Below the pieces are notes generated by a model. It made no database searches. It was not told the DNA's origin and saw nothing but the letters and a program-made list of their open reading frames with translations. A program made the translations under genes and the position numbers. From an uncultured archaeon (GTDB lineage Archaea; Micrarchaeota; Micrarchaeia; Micrarchaeales; CABMGC01), in contig CAWBCT010000013.1 of the NCBI GenBank assembly GCA_963787445.1, forward strand, positions 32,001-96,000: a stretch of 64,000 nucleotides of DNA, in the 5' to 3' direction. Positions 9,741-18,203 of this stretch are shown here, piece after piece (the stretch's first letter is position 1; each line of letters opens with the position of its first letter).

Positions 9741-10741
9741 ATCCCCTCCTTCATGCTCTTGGACTTCTTTCGGGGGCCATAGAACCTGCTGATGATGCTC
9801 GTCAGGCTGGGCTCCGAAACGGTGTAATCCACTACGCTCTTGTCCTCAAGGAGGTCTATGAAGGCCGCGGTCTTTAGCAGCTTCCTCTCAACTTCCAGCT
9901 TTGCGTAGAACTTCCCGCGTTCGATTATCTTGCCGTATCTTTTAAGGTTGAGAAGCTTTGGCTCCGCATCGAAGGAGAGCTCCACCGTCCTCTTGTCCCC
10001 AAAGAAGCGCTCCAGCTTCGACTTGCTCCCGTCGAAGATCACCTTGCCGCCGTCCAGCATTATGATCCTGTTGGCTATCGTTATGTCCTCGATTATGTGG
10101 GTGGTCATGAGGAACGTGGTCCTGTATTTCCTGTTGAGATCCAGTATCGTGTTGCGCAGCGCCGCCTTCGATGGCACGTCCACCCCTATGGTGGGTTCGT
10201 CGAGTATCACGATGTCGGGCATCTGGAGCATTGAGGCCACAAAGTTGCACTTCATCTGCTCCCCGAGCGAGAGCGAGCGCACCTGGCGCGTGTACACCTC
10301 GCGCAGCTCGAGTATGTCCAGGAAGTAGTTGAGGCGCCTCTTGTACTCCCTCTCCGGGATACGGTAGATGCTGCGTATGAAGTTGAACGTGTCGAGCGGC
10401 GGAAGGTTCCAGAAGAGCTGACCGTGCGCGCCCAGGACCACGCCTATGTGCTGCGTGGCCTTCGCCCTCTCCTCCCAGGAATTTAGGTCCATGACCTCGG
10501 TGTGCCCCTTGTCCGGATACACTATCCCGGTTATTATCTTTATCAGCGTGGACTTGCCGCTCCCGTTCTTCCCGAGCAGCGCGACTATCTCCCCCCGCTT
10601 TATCCCAAAGCTTACTCCGTTGAGGGCGTGTTTGGTGTACTTCTTGCGGCTAAGCCATCCGACTATGCCGCTATCCTCAGACTGCTTGTACGTCTTGAAG
10701 CTCTTCGAGACGGCTGACACTAGGATTGCATTTTCCTCCAT
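9737..10741 (-). CDS. ABC exporter ATPase
   Basis: GKNGSGKS, LSLGEQMK, ILDEPTIG. Confidence 0.92.
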   Translation of the reverse strand: MEENAILVSAVSKSFKTYKQSEDSGIVGWLSRKKYTKHALNGVSFGIKRGEIVALLGKNGSGKSTLIKIITGIVYPDKGHTEVMDLNSWEERAKATQHIGVVLGAHGQLFWNLPPLDTFNFIRSIYRIPEREYKRRLNYFLDILELREVYTRQVRSLSLGEQMKCNFVASMLQMPDIVILDEPTIGVDVPSKAALRNTILDLNRKYRTTFLMTTHIIEDITIANRIIMLDGGKVIFDGSKSKLERFFGDKRTVELSFDAEPKLLNLKRYGKIIERGKFYAKLEVERKLLKTAAFIDLLEDKSVVDYTVSEPSLTSIISRFYGPRKKSKSMKEGI

Positions 10742-10809
10742 ATCACTCTGTTTTATTTTAGCTTAAAAGTATTTAAATATCGCTAGCGAATAATTGATGG
10801 GCTTTTTGA

Positions 10810-11400
10810 ATGATAATCTATCTATTACGACACGGCGAAACAACCGGCGATGTAGAAGACAGGTACGGCGGTGATTATGATGACCATTTATCAAACAAAG
10901 GTCTCAAACAATCAGAAAATTTATCAGAAAAGCTCGATAAAAAGGGCATAGAAGTAATTTACGTAAGTCCGCGTATACGCGCCATCGAAACGGCAAAAAT
11001 TATAAACAAGTCACTTGGAGCCAAATTAGAAGTTGTTGATGACCTGAGAGAAAGAAATAACTATGGTGTTCTTACTGGGCTAACCAAATCCGAAGCAAAG
11101 ACAAAACACCCGAAAGAAGTAAGTGAACTGGAGAAAGGAATCCGACACGGTGTAAAAGGTTCTGAAGAATACGAACCCTTTAAAGAAAGAGTAACGAGAG
11201 TTTTTGGGAATATTACAAAAGCCAATCAAAAGACCGTCGCGATTCTCACCCACGGCGGAGTGATCAGGTGCATAATCCGGGAAATACTGAAGTTTGGTGA
11301 ATTGGAGAAACTGGGCGATTGTGCAATAATAGAGTTCAGTAAAGATGGGAATAAATTCTCATTAATAGCCTCCGATGGTGTGGTTTTCAGTAGGGAATAA
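10810..11400 (+). CDS. Histidine phosphatase (PGM/CobC-like) family protein
   Basis: RHGET, 'SPRIRAIETA', 'LRERNNYG', THGG; AT-rich. Confidence 0.9.
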   Translation: MIIYLLRHGETTGDVEDRYGGDYDDHLSNKGLKQSENLSEKLDKKGIEVIYVSPRIRAIETAKIINKSLGAKLEVVDDLRERNNYGVLTGLTKSEAKTKHPKEVSELEKGIRHGVKGSEEYEPFKERVTRVFGNITKANQKTVAILTHGGVIRCIIREILKFGELEKLGDCAIIEFSKDGNKFSLIASDGVVFSRE

Positions 11401-11422
11401 CACACGTCAAACCATCATAACG

Positions 11423-11430
11423 TATATAAA
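11423..11430 (+). promoter_or_regulatory. TATA box of the 16S rRNA transcript
   Basis: TATATAAA about 190 nt upstream of mature 16S. Confidence 0.6.
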
Positions 11431-11560
11431 GCTTCTTACGTATAATATACCTCATCCGCTCTCGAAACGCCTAGGCTTTTCGGAAGGATAATCATGACCA
11501 TGATTGTCGGGCTTCTCGCCCGCTTTGTCGTCGTGATTGGTGAAAATTCCTATTGGAATT

Positions 11561-11600
11561 AGATGTAGTCTTGAGAATGCAAAGAGGCAACAACGCAATT
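11561..11600 (+). other. 5' arm of 16S processing stem with bulge-helix-bulge motif
   Basis: Pairs with 13151-13188; central 4-bp helix ATGC/GCAT with 3-nt bulges AAA and TAA on opposite strands. Confidence 0.8.
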
Positions 11601-11615
11601 GCAAATTAAGAATCA

Positions 11616-13102
11616 ACTCCAGTCGATGCTGCTGGAGGACACTGCTATCAGATTTCGACAGCCATGCAAGTCAACATCTCGACATGAGGTGTGGCACACG
11701 GCTCAGTAACGCGTGGTCAATCTAACGTAGAGAAGGGCATAACCTTGGGAAACTGAGGCTAATTCCATATAGGCTACGGATGCTGGAAGGCACTGTAGGC
11801 GAAACGGGATGCGAAATGGAGCATTTCCGCTCTACGATGAGACTGCGTCGGATCAGGCAGATGGCGGGGTAACGGCCCACCATACCTTTGACCCGTAGGG
11901 GATATGAGAGTATGAGCCCCGAGAAGGGCACTGAGACAAGGGCCCTAGCGCTACGGCGTGCAGCAGGCGCGCAAACTCCACAATGCGGGAAACCGTGATG
12001 GGGGGAGTCTGAGTGGCAAGCTTTTAGCTTGCCTTTTGCTAAGTTTAGTCAGCTTGGCGAATAAGTGCTGGGTAAGACCGGTGGCAGCCGCCACGGTAAT
12101 ACCGGCGGCACAAGTGGTGTTCACTATTATTGGGTTTAAAGCGTCCGTAGCTGGCCGAAACCGTCTTATGTGAAATGTAGGCGCTCAACGTCTATACGTG
12201 CATAAGATACCTTTCGGCTAGGGAGCGGGAGAGGTTTGGAGTACTTATGGGGTAGTGGTAAAATACTGTAATCCTATAAGGACTACCTGTGGCGAAGGCG
12301 CCAAACCAGAACGCATCCGACAGTGAGTGACGAAGGCTAGGAGAACGAATCGGATTAGATACCCGAGTAGCCCTAGCAGTAAATCATGTAGACATTGGTG
12401 TTGCACCTATCTCGAATAGGTGCAGTACCGTAGGAAAACTGTTAAGTCTACCACCTGGGGAGTACGGCCGCAAGGTTGAAACTTAAAGCAATTGGCGGGG
12501 GAGCACACAAGGGGTGGATGCTACGGTTTAATTGAATTCAACGTCGGGAATTTTACCTGGAGCGACGGCAGGATGAAGGTCAAGCTAAAGACTTTGCCTA
12601 ACGAGCCGAGAGGTGTTGCATGGCGATCGTCAGTTCGTGGTGTGAACTATCAGGTTAAGTCCTGTAACGAACGAGATCCTCGCTGACAGTTGCAACCGGC
12701 GCAGATGTGCGCCGAGCACTCTGTCAGGACCGCCTGCGTTTAAGCAGGAGGAAGGAGAGGGCTACGGTACGTCAGTACGGCCCGAATCTCCAGGGCTACA
12801 CGCGGCATACAAAGGTTGGCACAATGGGTTGCCACTCAGAGATGAGGAGCTAATCCCCTAAAACCAATCTAAGTTCGGATTGAGGGTTGAAACTCACCCT
12901 CATGAAGTTGGAATCCCTAGTAATCGCATGTCACCATCGTGCGGTGAATATGTCCCCGCTCCTTGCACACACCGCCTGCCAAGTCATCCAAGTGGGGTCT
13001 TAGTGACGCCGTATCCTAACAGATGCGGTCGAACTAAGGTTTCGTGAGGGGGGCTAAGGCATAACAAGGTATCCGTAGGGGAACCTGCGGATAGATCACC
13101 TC
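11616..13102 (+). rRNA. rrs: 16S rRNA, archaeal, divergent (DPANN/Micrarchaeota-like); not linked to 23S
   Basis: Conserved blocks GCCATGCAAGTC, ATTAGATACCC, AAACTTAAAG.AATTGGCGGGGG, TGCACACACCGCC, TAACAAGGTA, GATCACCTC; about 1.49 kb, no intron; ends approximate. Confidence 0.97.
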
Positions 13103-13150
13103 AAAACTTTTTACAAAGTTTTATTATAAACTAGTGTGCGTACAGAACAG

Positions 13151-13188
13151 AATTGCGTTGCCTCGCATTAATACTCAAGACTACATCT
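13151..13188 (+). other. 3' arm of 16S processing stem
   Basis: Complementary to 11561-11600. Confidence 0.8.
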
Positions 13189-13282
13189 TTCCTTATTTTT
13201 ATGGTTCTTAGCTGAGCCGTATCTTTTTACAGCCCTACGGTACTATTATATATCTATTATACACCAATTATATAATGATTAT

Positions 13283-13519
13283 ATGTACACCACAATACAG
13301 ATAACAAAGAACACGCGTGAGAAGCTCAATGGCCTGAAGCTATACCGGAAGGCCACCTACGACGAGATAATTGGGGCGCTGATAGACATGATACCAGAAA
13401 AGGATGAGGAAGGAAGATATACGACCGAATTCAGGGCCTCGCTGCTACGCGGATTTCTTGACATAAAACACGGAAGAACGCACACGCTAAAGGAGATGAA
13501 GGAGCGATTTGGTGCTTGA
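13283..13519 (+). CDS. Antitoxin (RHH-like) of RelBE-type module
   Basis: 'TTIQITKNTREKL...TYDEII'; directly upstream of the RelE-like toxin. Confidence 0.75.
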   Translation: MYTTIQITKNTREKLNGLKLYRKATYDEIIGALIDMIPEKDEEGRYTTEFRASLLRGFLDIKHGRTHTLKEMKERFGA

Positions 13520-13777
13520 TTGGCGTACGAGGTCGAATTCTCAGATGAAGCGGCCATGCAGCTGGAAGGCATTGATAAAAACACGGCAAAACGAATACTC
13601 AAAAAACTAGAGTCTGTAAGGGAGAATCCTGGCGCATTTTTGGAGGGGCTTACGGCGCGACCTCAGCGCAAATTGAGAGTTGGAGACTATAGACTATTAA
13701 TAATCGTTGATAAAAGCAAGCGTAAAATCTTCATAATGTCCTTGGGGCATCGAAAAAACATATACGAAAGGCATTAA
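13520..13777 (+). CDS. relE: RelE/ParE family toxin
   Basis: 'YEVEFSDEA', 'KLRVGDYRLL', 'GHRKNIY'. Confidence 0.9.
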   Translation: MAYEVEFSDEAAMQLEGIDKNTAKRILKKLESVRENPGAFLEGLTARPQRKLRVGDYRLLIIVDKSKRKIFIMSLGHRKNIYERH

Positions 13778-13827
13778 GAAGATCCGAACCGTGAGAACTC
13801 TTTTATATCAGAAAATCTAGAAGAATA

Positions 13828-14472
13828 ATGATGGAGAAGATAGCCACGCTGCCTAGTAGGGCGGAGCTAAAGTTGGTTGCAAGGGATCCCAAAATTACAC
13901 TTGGTCAGGGAGAGCGAGACCGCAGGGATGTGCTCCTTGACCGCTTCTGGATCAGCCATGGCTGGTTTAAAGGTCCGGATTCAGGGAAGGTTCTTATAAA
14001 GCCCAAGTGGAAGGACGACGAAGAGGCACAAGTAGAAGCGGTTAGACTTCTCTGCGAGCAGCTACTTAACAAGAACCCTCGGAATCTTGTGGCAAAGGAC
14101 TTTCACAGGAATAGGCTTGGAGGACTGCTGGCCCATCATTTCAACGGAAGCCCGTTCGCTGCTGCGTCAAAAACCTATCCAAGGGAAAGGATAAGGGAGT
14201 GGGAGATGGTTTCCACCCCGCGCATATTTTTCAAGAAGAAGCAAAATAGGATAGCCGCGGTGGAATGGCTTGTCGACAAGCTAGCGAAGGACCCGCGAGA
14301 GATAAAAAAGACCGATTTCTATGACAACTATCTCGGAGGAATGTTGTGTTACCGCCACCACGATAGTCCCTATTGGGCATTACTCGAAGCCGGCTTTGTA
14401 ACGGAGGAGGATAAGCGATACATGAAGCGCACCGGCATAAGAAGAAAGGATTTATTAGTTCTTTTAAGGTAA
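13828..14472 (+). CDS. Protein with two internal repeats (DUF4046-like)
   Basis: Repeat 'AV..L...L.K.PR.....DF..N.LGG.L......SP' occurs twice. Confidence 0.65.
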   Translation: MMEKIATLPSRAELKLVARDPKITLGQGERDRRDVLLDRFWISHGWFKGPDSGKVLIKPKWKDDEEAQVEAVRLLCEQLLNKNPRNLVAKDFHRNRLGGLLAHHFNGSPFAAASKTYPRERIREWEMVSTPRIFFKKKQNRIAAVEWLVDKLAKDPREIKKTDFYDNYLGGMLCYRHHDSPYWALLEAGFVTEEDKRYMKRTGIRRKDLLVLLR

Positions 14473-14491
14473 AGTGTGATATAGTTAAGGT

Positions 14492-14989
14492 TTGTCCATG
14501 AAGATCAAGCTCCAGCCCTATTTGTGCTACCTCGCTGGCCTTCAGAGCAGGAGCCGCACCGAGCAGAATGCCATAGGTATCTTCACTCATGATGACGTTT
14601 TCGAGAGCAAATTTGTCAAGATGTGCCTTGACAAGGTAAAGATTGAGCCGAACCGCATAATTATAGAAGAGGGCGCCGGCGGAACACGTCACATCTTCTT
14701 CTATCACTCCAAGCTCGGCGGCCAGCTCCGCAAGATCTCGGAGAACTGCGGCAAGATGTTCCGGGCCCCGACCAATGAGTCAAGAAGCTACCTTGCAGGC
14801 ATCTTCGACGCTGCAGGCCATCTGACTGTAAGCGGTCTTTACATCAGCAAGATAAGCGTTCAGGAGTCGATTATGTTGCAGCAGCTCGGGGTTCACACCC
14901 AGGGCGAGAAAGTACTGAACATCAGCCAGTTCCTGAAGCTCATAGATGGATTCAGTTTCAGGCCGCACGCACTTCCAAAATCGCGCTAA
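14492..14989 (+). CDS. Degenerate LAGLIDADG-fold protein
   Basis: 'CYLAGLQ' and 'SYLAGIFDAAG' helices about 90 aa apart. Confidence 0.6.
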   Translation: MSMKIKLQPYLCYLAGLQSRSRTEQNAIGIFTHDDVFESKFVKMCLDKVKIEPNRIIIEEGAGGTRHIFFYHSKLGGQLRKISENCGKMFRAPTNESRSYLAGIFDAAGHLTVSGLYISKISVQESIMLQQLGVHTQGEKVLNISQFLKLIDGFSFRPHALPKSR

Positions 14990-15056
14990 TTGTTCTATTT
15001 CCGACGAAATCTTCGCAAGCTATATAAACTTCTTTAACTCATATTCATCTGATAAA

Positions 15057-15599
15057 ATGGAGCAGCGAGTCATACTTGTGGACGAGAATGATAATCCACT
15101 TGGAACCGAGGAGAAGATGAAGGCCCACCAGAACGGAGGCAAGCTTCATCGCGCACTTTCGGTGTTCGTGTTCAACAAGAACGGGGAGACGATGCTTCAG
15201 CAGCGCGCCGCCATAAAATACCACACGCAAAATAAGTGGTCAAACACCTGCTGCAGCCATCAGATGGAGGGTGAAGACACCATAACCGCGGCCCATAGGC
15301 GGCTCAAGGAGGAGATGGGTTTCGACTGCCCGCTTAAGGAGGCGTTCAATTTCACTTACCACGCCGAAGTCGGCAACGGGCTCAAGGAAAACGAGTTCGA
15401 CCACATAGTATTTGGCACTTTTGATAAGGTTCCCCGGCCCAATCCAGACGAGGTGCAGGACTGGAAGTGGATTAGCCTGCCTGAACTCAAGGCGCGGATA
15501 AAGTCCGACCCCGGCTCCTTCACTCCCTGGCTCCGCCTTATGATTGACGAGGTAATCAAGAACTACGAAAAGCTGAGTCCGGGCAGAAAAGCCAGCTAG
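15057..15599 (+). CDS. idi: Isopentenyl-diphosphate delta-isomerase type 1
   Basis: 'KMKAH...LHRALSVFVFN', 'WSNTCCSH', 'ENEFDH', 'FTPW'. Confidence 0.95.
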   Translation: MEQRVILVDENDNPLGTEEKMKAHQNGGKLHRALSVFVFNKNGETMLQQRAAIKYHTQNKWSNTCCSHQMEGEDTITAAHRRLKEEMGFDCPLKEAFNFTYHAEVGNGLKENEFDHIVFGTFDKVPRPNPDEVQDWKWISLPELKARIKSDPGSFTPWLRLMIDEVIKNYEKLSPGRKAS

Positions 15600-15655
15600 A
15601 ACTTCCTTCACATTCCACTAATACTTATTTAAGCTTAATCGCCCTCTGTGTATCC

Positions 15656-16102
15656 GTGAGTCATGTGATTCTGGGCGTCCGCAGTATCTATGAAAAAGCC
15701 TCTTTTACTGACGGGAAGCGCATCCTTGTAGAGCGTCTCTGGCCGCGAGGCATAAGGCGCAGCACCGCGAACATCGACACCTGGGCGAAGGACATAGCCC
15801 CCACAAACGGCCTCCGCCTGCGGCTTGCCGCGCACAATGAGTGGTGGCCGGTCTTCAAGAAACGCTACCTCAAGGAGCTTGAGGTCAACAAGGCCGTGCC
15901 AAGGCTGCTTAACCGGATCACAAGAGAGGACATAACCCTAGTCTACTCATCAAGGAATGACCGTAACAATAACGCGACCATACTTTACACCTTCCTGAAT
16001 ACGAGGCTCAAGAGACTGCAGAAGCAGCAGGCACTAAAATCCGCGGGCCTTGCCAAGCGCGCTGCAAATCGCGAGAAAATGCTCGGGATCCCAAGTAATT
16101 AG
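15656..16102 (+). CDS. DUF488 (YeaO-like) protein
   Basis: 'DGKRILVERLWPRGI', 'WAKDIAP', 'FKKRYLKEL', 'ITLVYSSR..NNA'. Confidence 0.88.
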   Translation: MSHVILGVRSIYEKASFTDGKRILVERLWPRGIRRSTANIDTWAKDIAPTNGLRLRLAAHNEWWPVFKKRYLKELEVNKAVPRLLNRITREDITLVYSSRNDRNNNATILYTFLNTRLKRLQKQQALKSAGLAKRAANREKMLGIPSN

Positions 16103-16141
16103 AGCTAAATATCTGAAAATTGCTTAAATTTTAAGAGATTA

Positions 16142-17044
16142 ATGGCTACTAAATTGTCTGCCAATCGGGCCCAGGCACTGGGTGACACAAGGACCCTCAG
16201 TTCTTTTGATCTAGGGATTCTGCGGCGCGTGTTCGACGAGCACAAGAGCTCTGTAATATGTCCGACGTTGAACGGCAGTTCGAAGTTCGTATATTTACTG
16301 AGGGGCTACTTTGACGGCCGCGGCGCCGAACCTCCTCTTCTTCTCCCGATGAACGTAAAGAGCTTGCGCTACAATCTTTTTGACTTTCTGGCCAACTCCG
16401 ACTTTGTCTATTCACAGGACTTCGAGAAGATGAGGTCCGAGGCAGGCCGACGTGGCTTCGGAGCGGAGATTACCTCATTTATTAGGGCTGCTTTGGAGGA
16501 GCCTGCAAAACGGCTGAAAAAGATTGTCAGGGAGACCGAGACTGCTTCCGCCACTCTAAACTCCAACAGGTTCCTCATACTGGATTGGAGTTATACGCAC
16601 AGTGCCGGACCGGTTACCTGTGTTGGAAACCCGAATCGCTCCACGGTTGACGCCGTCGCAACTGTGCTAAATGCTTTACGAGATAGGCCAGAGATACATC
16701 TGCTCGCGGTAAGCGACTACAGCCCGCTCTTGCCCATAAGCGTCCCGGACAGGTCCCACGCGAGCAATGTAGAATGGCCAGCCCTACGCGACCGCGCAAG
16801 ACTTCCAAACAAGGTTTTCTTGGAGTGCTATGACCTCCTCCAGAGCTGGGCACAAGATAAGTATCTGCCTCAAACAGAGGGGGTTAGAATGCACTTGATG
16901 GACGGTGCGTTCAGAGGATCCGTGCTTGCTGGCGATTTACTCCGCGAGAGCGTAAGAAACGCCGATTTGCTGCTCAGCAAGGGCTTTGAATCGGGCAGTA
17001 AGGATAAGTATGGTTATCCTGAAGAGCGGGACCTGGTTTTCTAG
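16142..17044 (+). CDS. Hypothetical protein (possibly divergent PRTase-like fold)
   Basis: 300-aa ORF; 'VICPTLNGS' and 'FLILDWS' weakly PRTase-like. Confidence 0.55.
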   Translation: MATKLSANRAQALGDTRTLSSFDLGILRRVFDEHKSSVICPTLNGSSKFVYLLRGYFDGRGAEPPLLLPMNVKSLRYNLFDFLANSDFVYSQDFEKMRSEAGRRGFGAEITSFIRAALEEPAKRLKKIVRETETASATLNSNRFLILDWSYTHSAGPVTCVGNPNRSTVDAVATVLNALRDRPEIHLLAVSDYSPLLPISVPDRSHASNVEWPALRDRARLPNKVFLECYDLLQSWAQDKYLPQTEGVRMHLMDGAFRGSVLAGDLLRESVRNADLLLSKGFESGSKDKYGYPEERDLVF

Positions 17045-17608
17045 TCAGAGCTCGAGCTTCTTGACTTCGAGCCTTCCGATGCTCGCTATGTTGTGTATGC
17101 GCTTGGTTGCCTCGCTCTGCATCGTCCCGTCTATCACGTCCTTCACCACCGCGCTGCTGTCCCTCTCCTTCATGTAGGCCGTCGCGAAGTCCGAGAGCTC
17201 CTTCCTGAGCGCCTTTCTCTTCTTTGTGGTTACTCTTCGCGTGGTTGTCAAAAGAAGCTTAAGTATTACCGTCTTGCCGTTCTTGTCCTTGACCTTGTCG
17301 ACCGTGTACATCGTGCTCGCGTGCCTCTTCACCATCGAGTGCATGTAGCTGTAGGTCTGCTCAAGGTACTTCAGCTCGGTGTGCACAGCGTTGCCATTTA
17401 CGCTGCTGACCCTCAGCCCCACCACCAGGAAGACGTGGTTGGGGTTGTTTGTTATCCAGGACATGCTCACCTTGATCAGCCTGCCGATCGCGTCCTTGTC
17501 CTCGCTTGCCGGCATCTCTCCAATCGTCTGGTTTCCGAGCATCTCCGGAGTGTAGATGTTGAACCACTTCTTTGCCTTCCACTTCTCCATCCCTTTTGTT
17601 ACCGCCAT
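17045..17608 (-). CDS. rps3ae: 30S ribosomal protein S3Ae (eS1)
   Basis: 'KWKAKKWFNIYTP', 'IGRLIKVS', 'LEVKKLE'; follows rps15. Confidence 0.9.
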   Translation of the reverse strand: MAVTKGMEKWKAKKWFNIYTPEMLGNQTIGEMPASEDKDAIGRLIKVSMSWITNNPNHVFLVVGLRVSSVNGNAVHTELKYLEQTYSYMHSMVKRHASTMYTVDKVKDKNGKTVILKLLLTTTRRVTTKKRKALRKELSDFATAYMKERDSSAVVKDVIDGTMQSEATKRIHNIASIGRLEVKKLEL

Positions 17609-17611
17609 CTA

Positions 17612-18073
17612 CTAACCCTTGATGATAAGCGCAGCCTTCTCTGGGTTGTACTTCCAGTCCTCCGGAAGCCTTCCCTCGCGCTTGTAATACTTTGTCAATC
17701 GCCATATCTTCGATTCGGTCCTCTGCAGGCTCGTTTTGTTGTGCATGTCCTTCTTGTTCGTCGCCAGGTGCTTTCTCAGCCCCACTGCCTTCTTCATGAG
17801 GTCGAGCATGTCCTGCGGGAACTCCTGTTTGAAGCCTTTCTCCTTCATCACCACGACCAGGCGCTTGCCCAGCGTGTTCTTTATGTAGTGAACGTTATCC
17901 TTGTCCTTCAGGTACTGCCCTATCAAAGTGGGTCCCAGCCCCTGCTTCATGTACTGGTCGATGGCCTTGCCGATCTCCTCCTTGCTCTTCGCTCCCTCGA
18001 TGGGGGTTATAGCGTCCAGCGCCGGCTTCCTAGACTTGGACTTGCCGTGCTTCTTCGTATGCATTCTTGCCAT
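17612..18073 (-). CDS. rps15: 30S ribosomal protein S15 (uS15/S13e)
   Basis: 'MARMHTKKHGKSKS', 'ESKIWRLTKYYK', 'LPEDWKY'. Confidence 0.97.
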   Translation of the reverse strand: MARMHTKKHGKSKSRKPALDAITPIEGAKSKEEIGKAIDQYMKQGLGPTLIGQYLKDKDNVHYIKNTLGKRLVVVMKEKGFKQEFPQDMLDLMKKAVGLRKHLATNKKDMHNKTSLQRTESKIWRLTKYYKREGRLPEDWKYNPEKAALIIKG

Positions 18074-18203
18074 TAGACCACAATATTTTGATACCGTCTT
18101 GAAATGTTAGATGAAAAAGACTAACCTAGTGCAATATCAAGCTATATATTGCTAAGGAATATTTATAAGGGTTATTGTTGGCAACTGCCCTCTAAAATAG
18201 GCC

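Noticed and set aside
11537-12686. Short ORFs at 11537, 11722, 11958 and 12492
   Set aside because: They overlap the 16S rRNA gene and are spurious
11616-14989. LAGLIDADG gene as part of an rRNA intron
   Set aside because: 16S is of normal length and uninterrupted; the ORF lies 1.4 kb downstream, outside the processing stem
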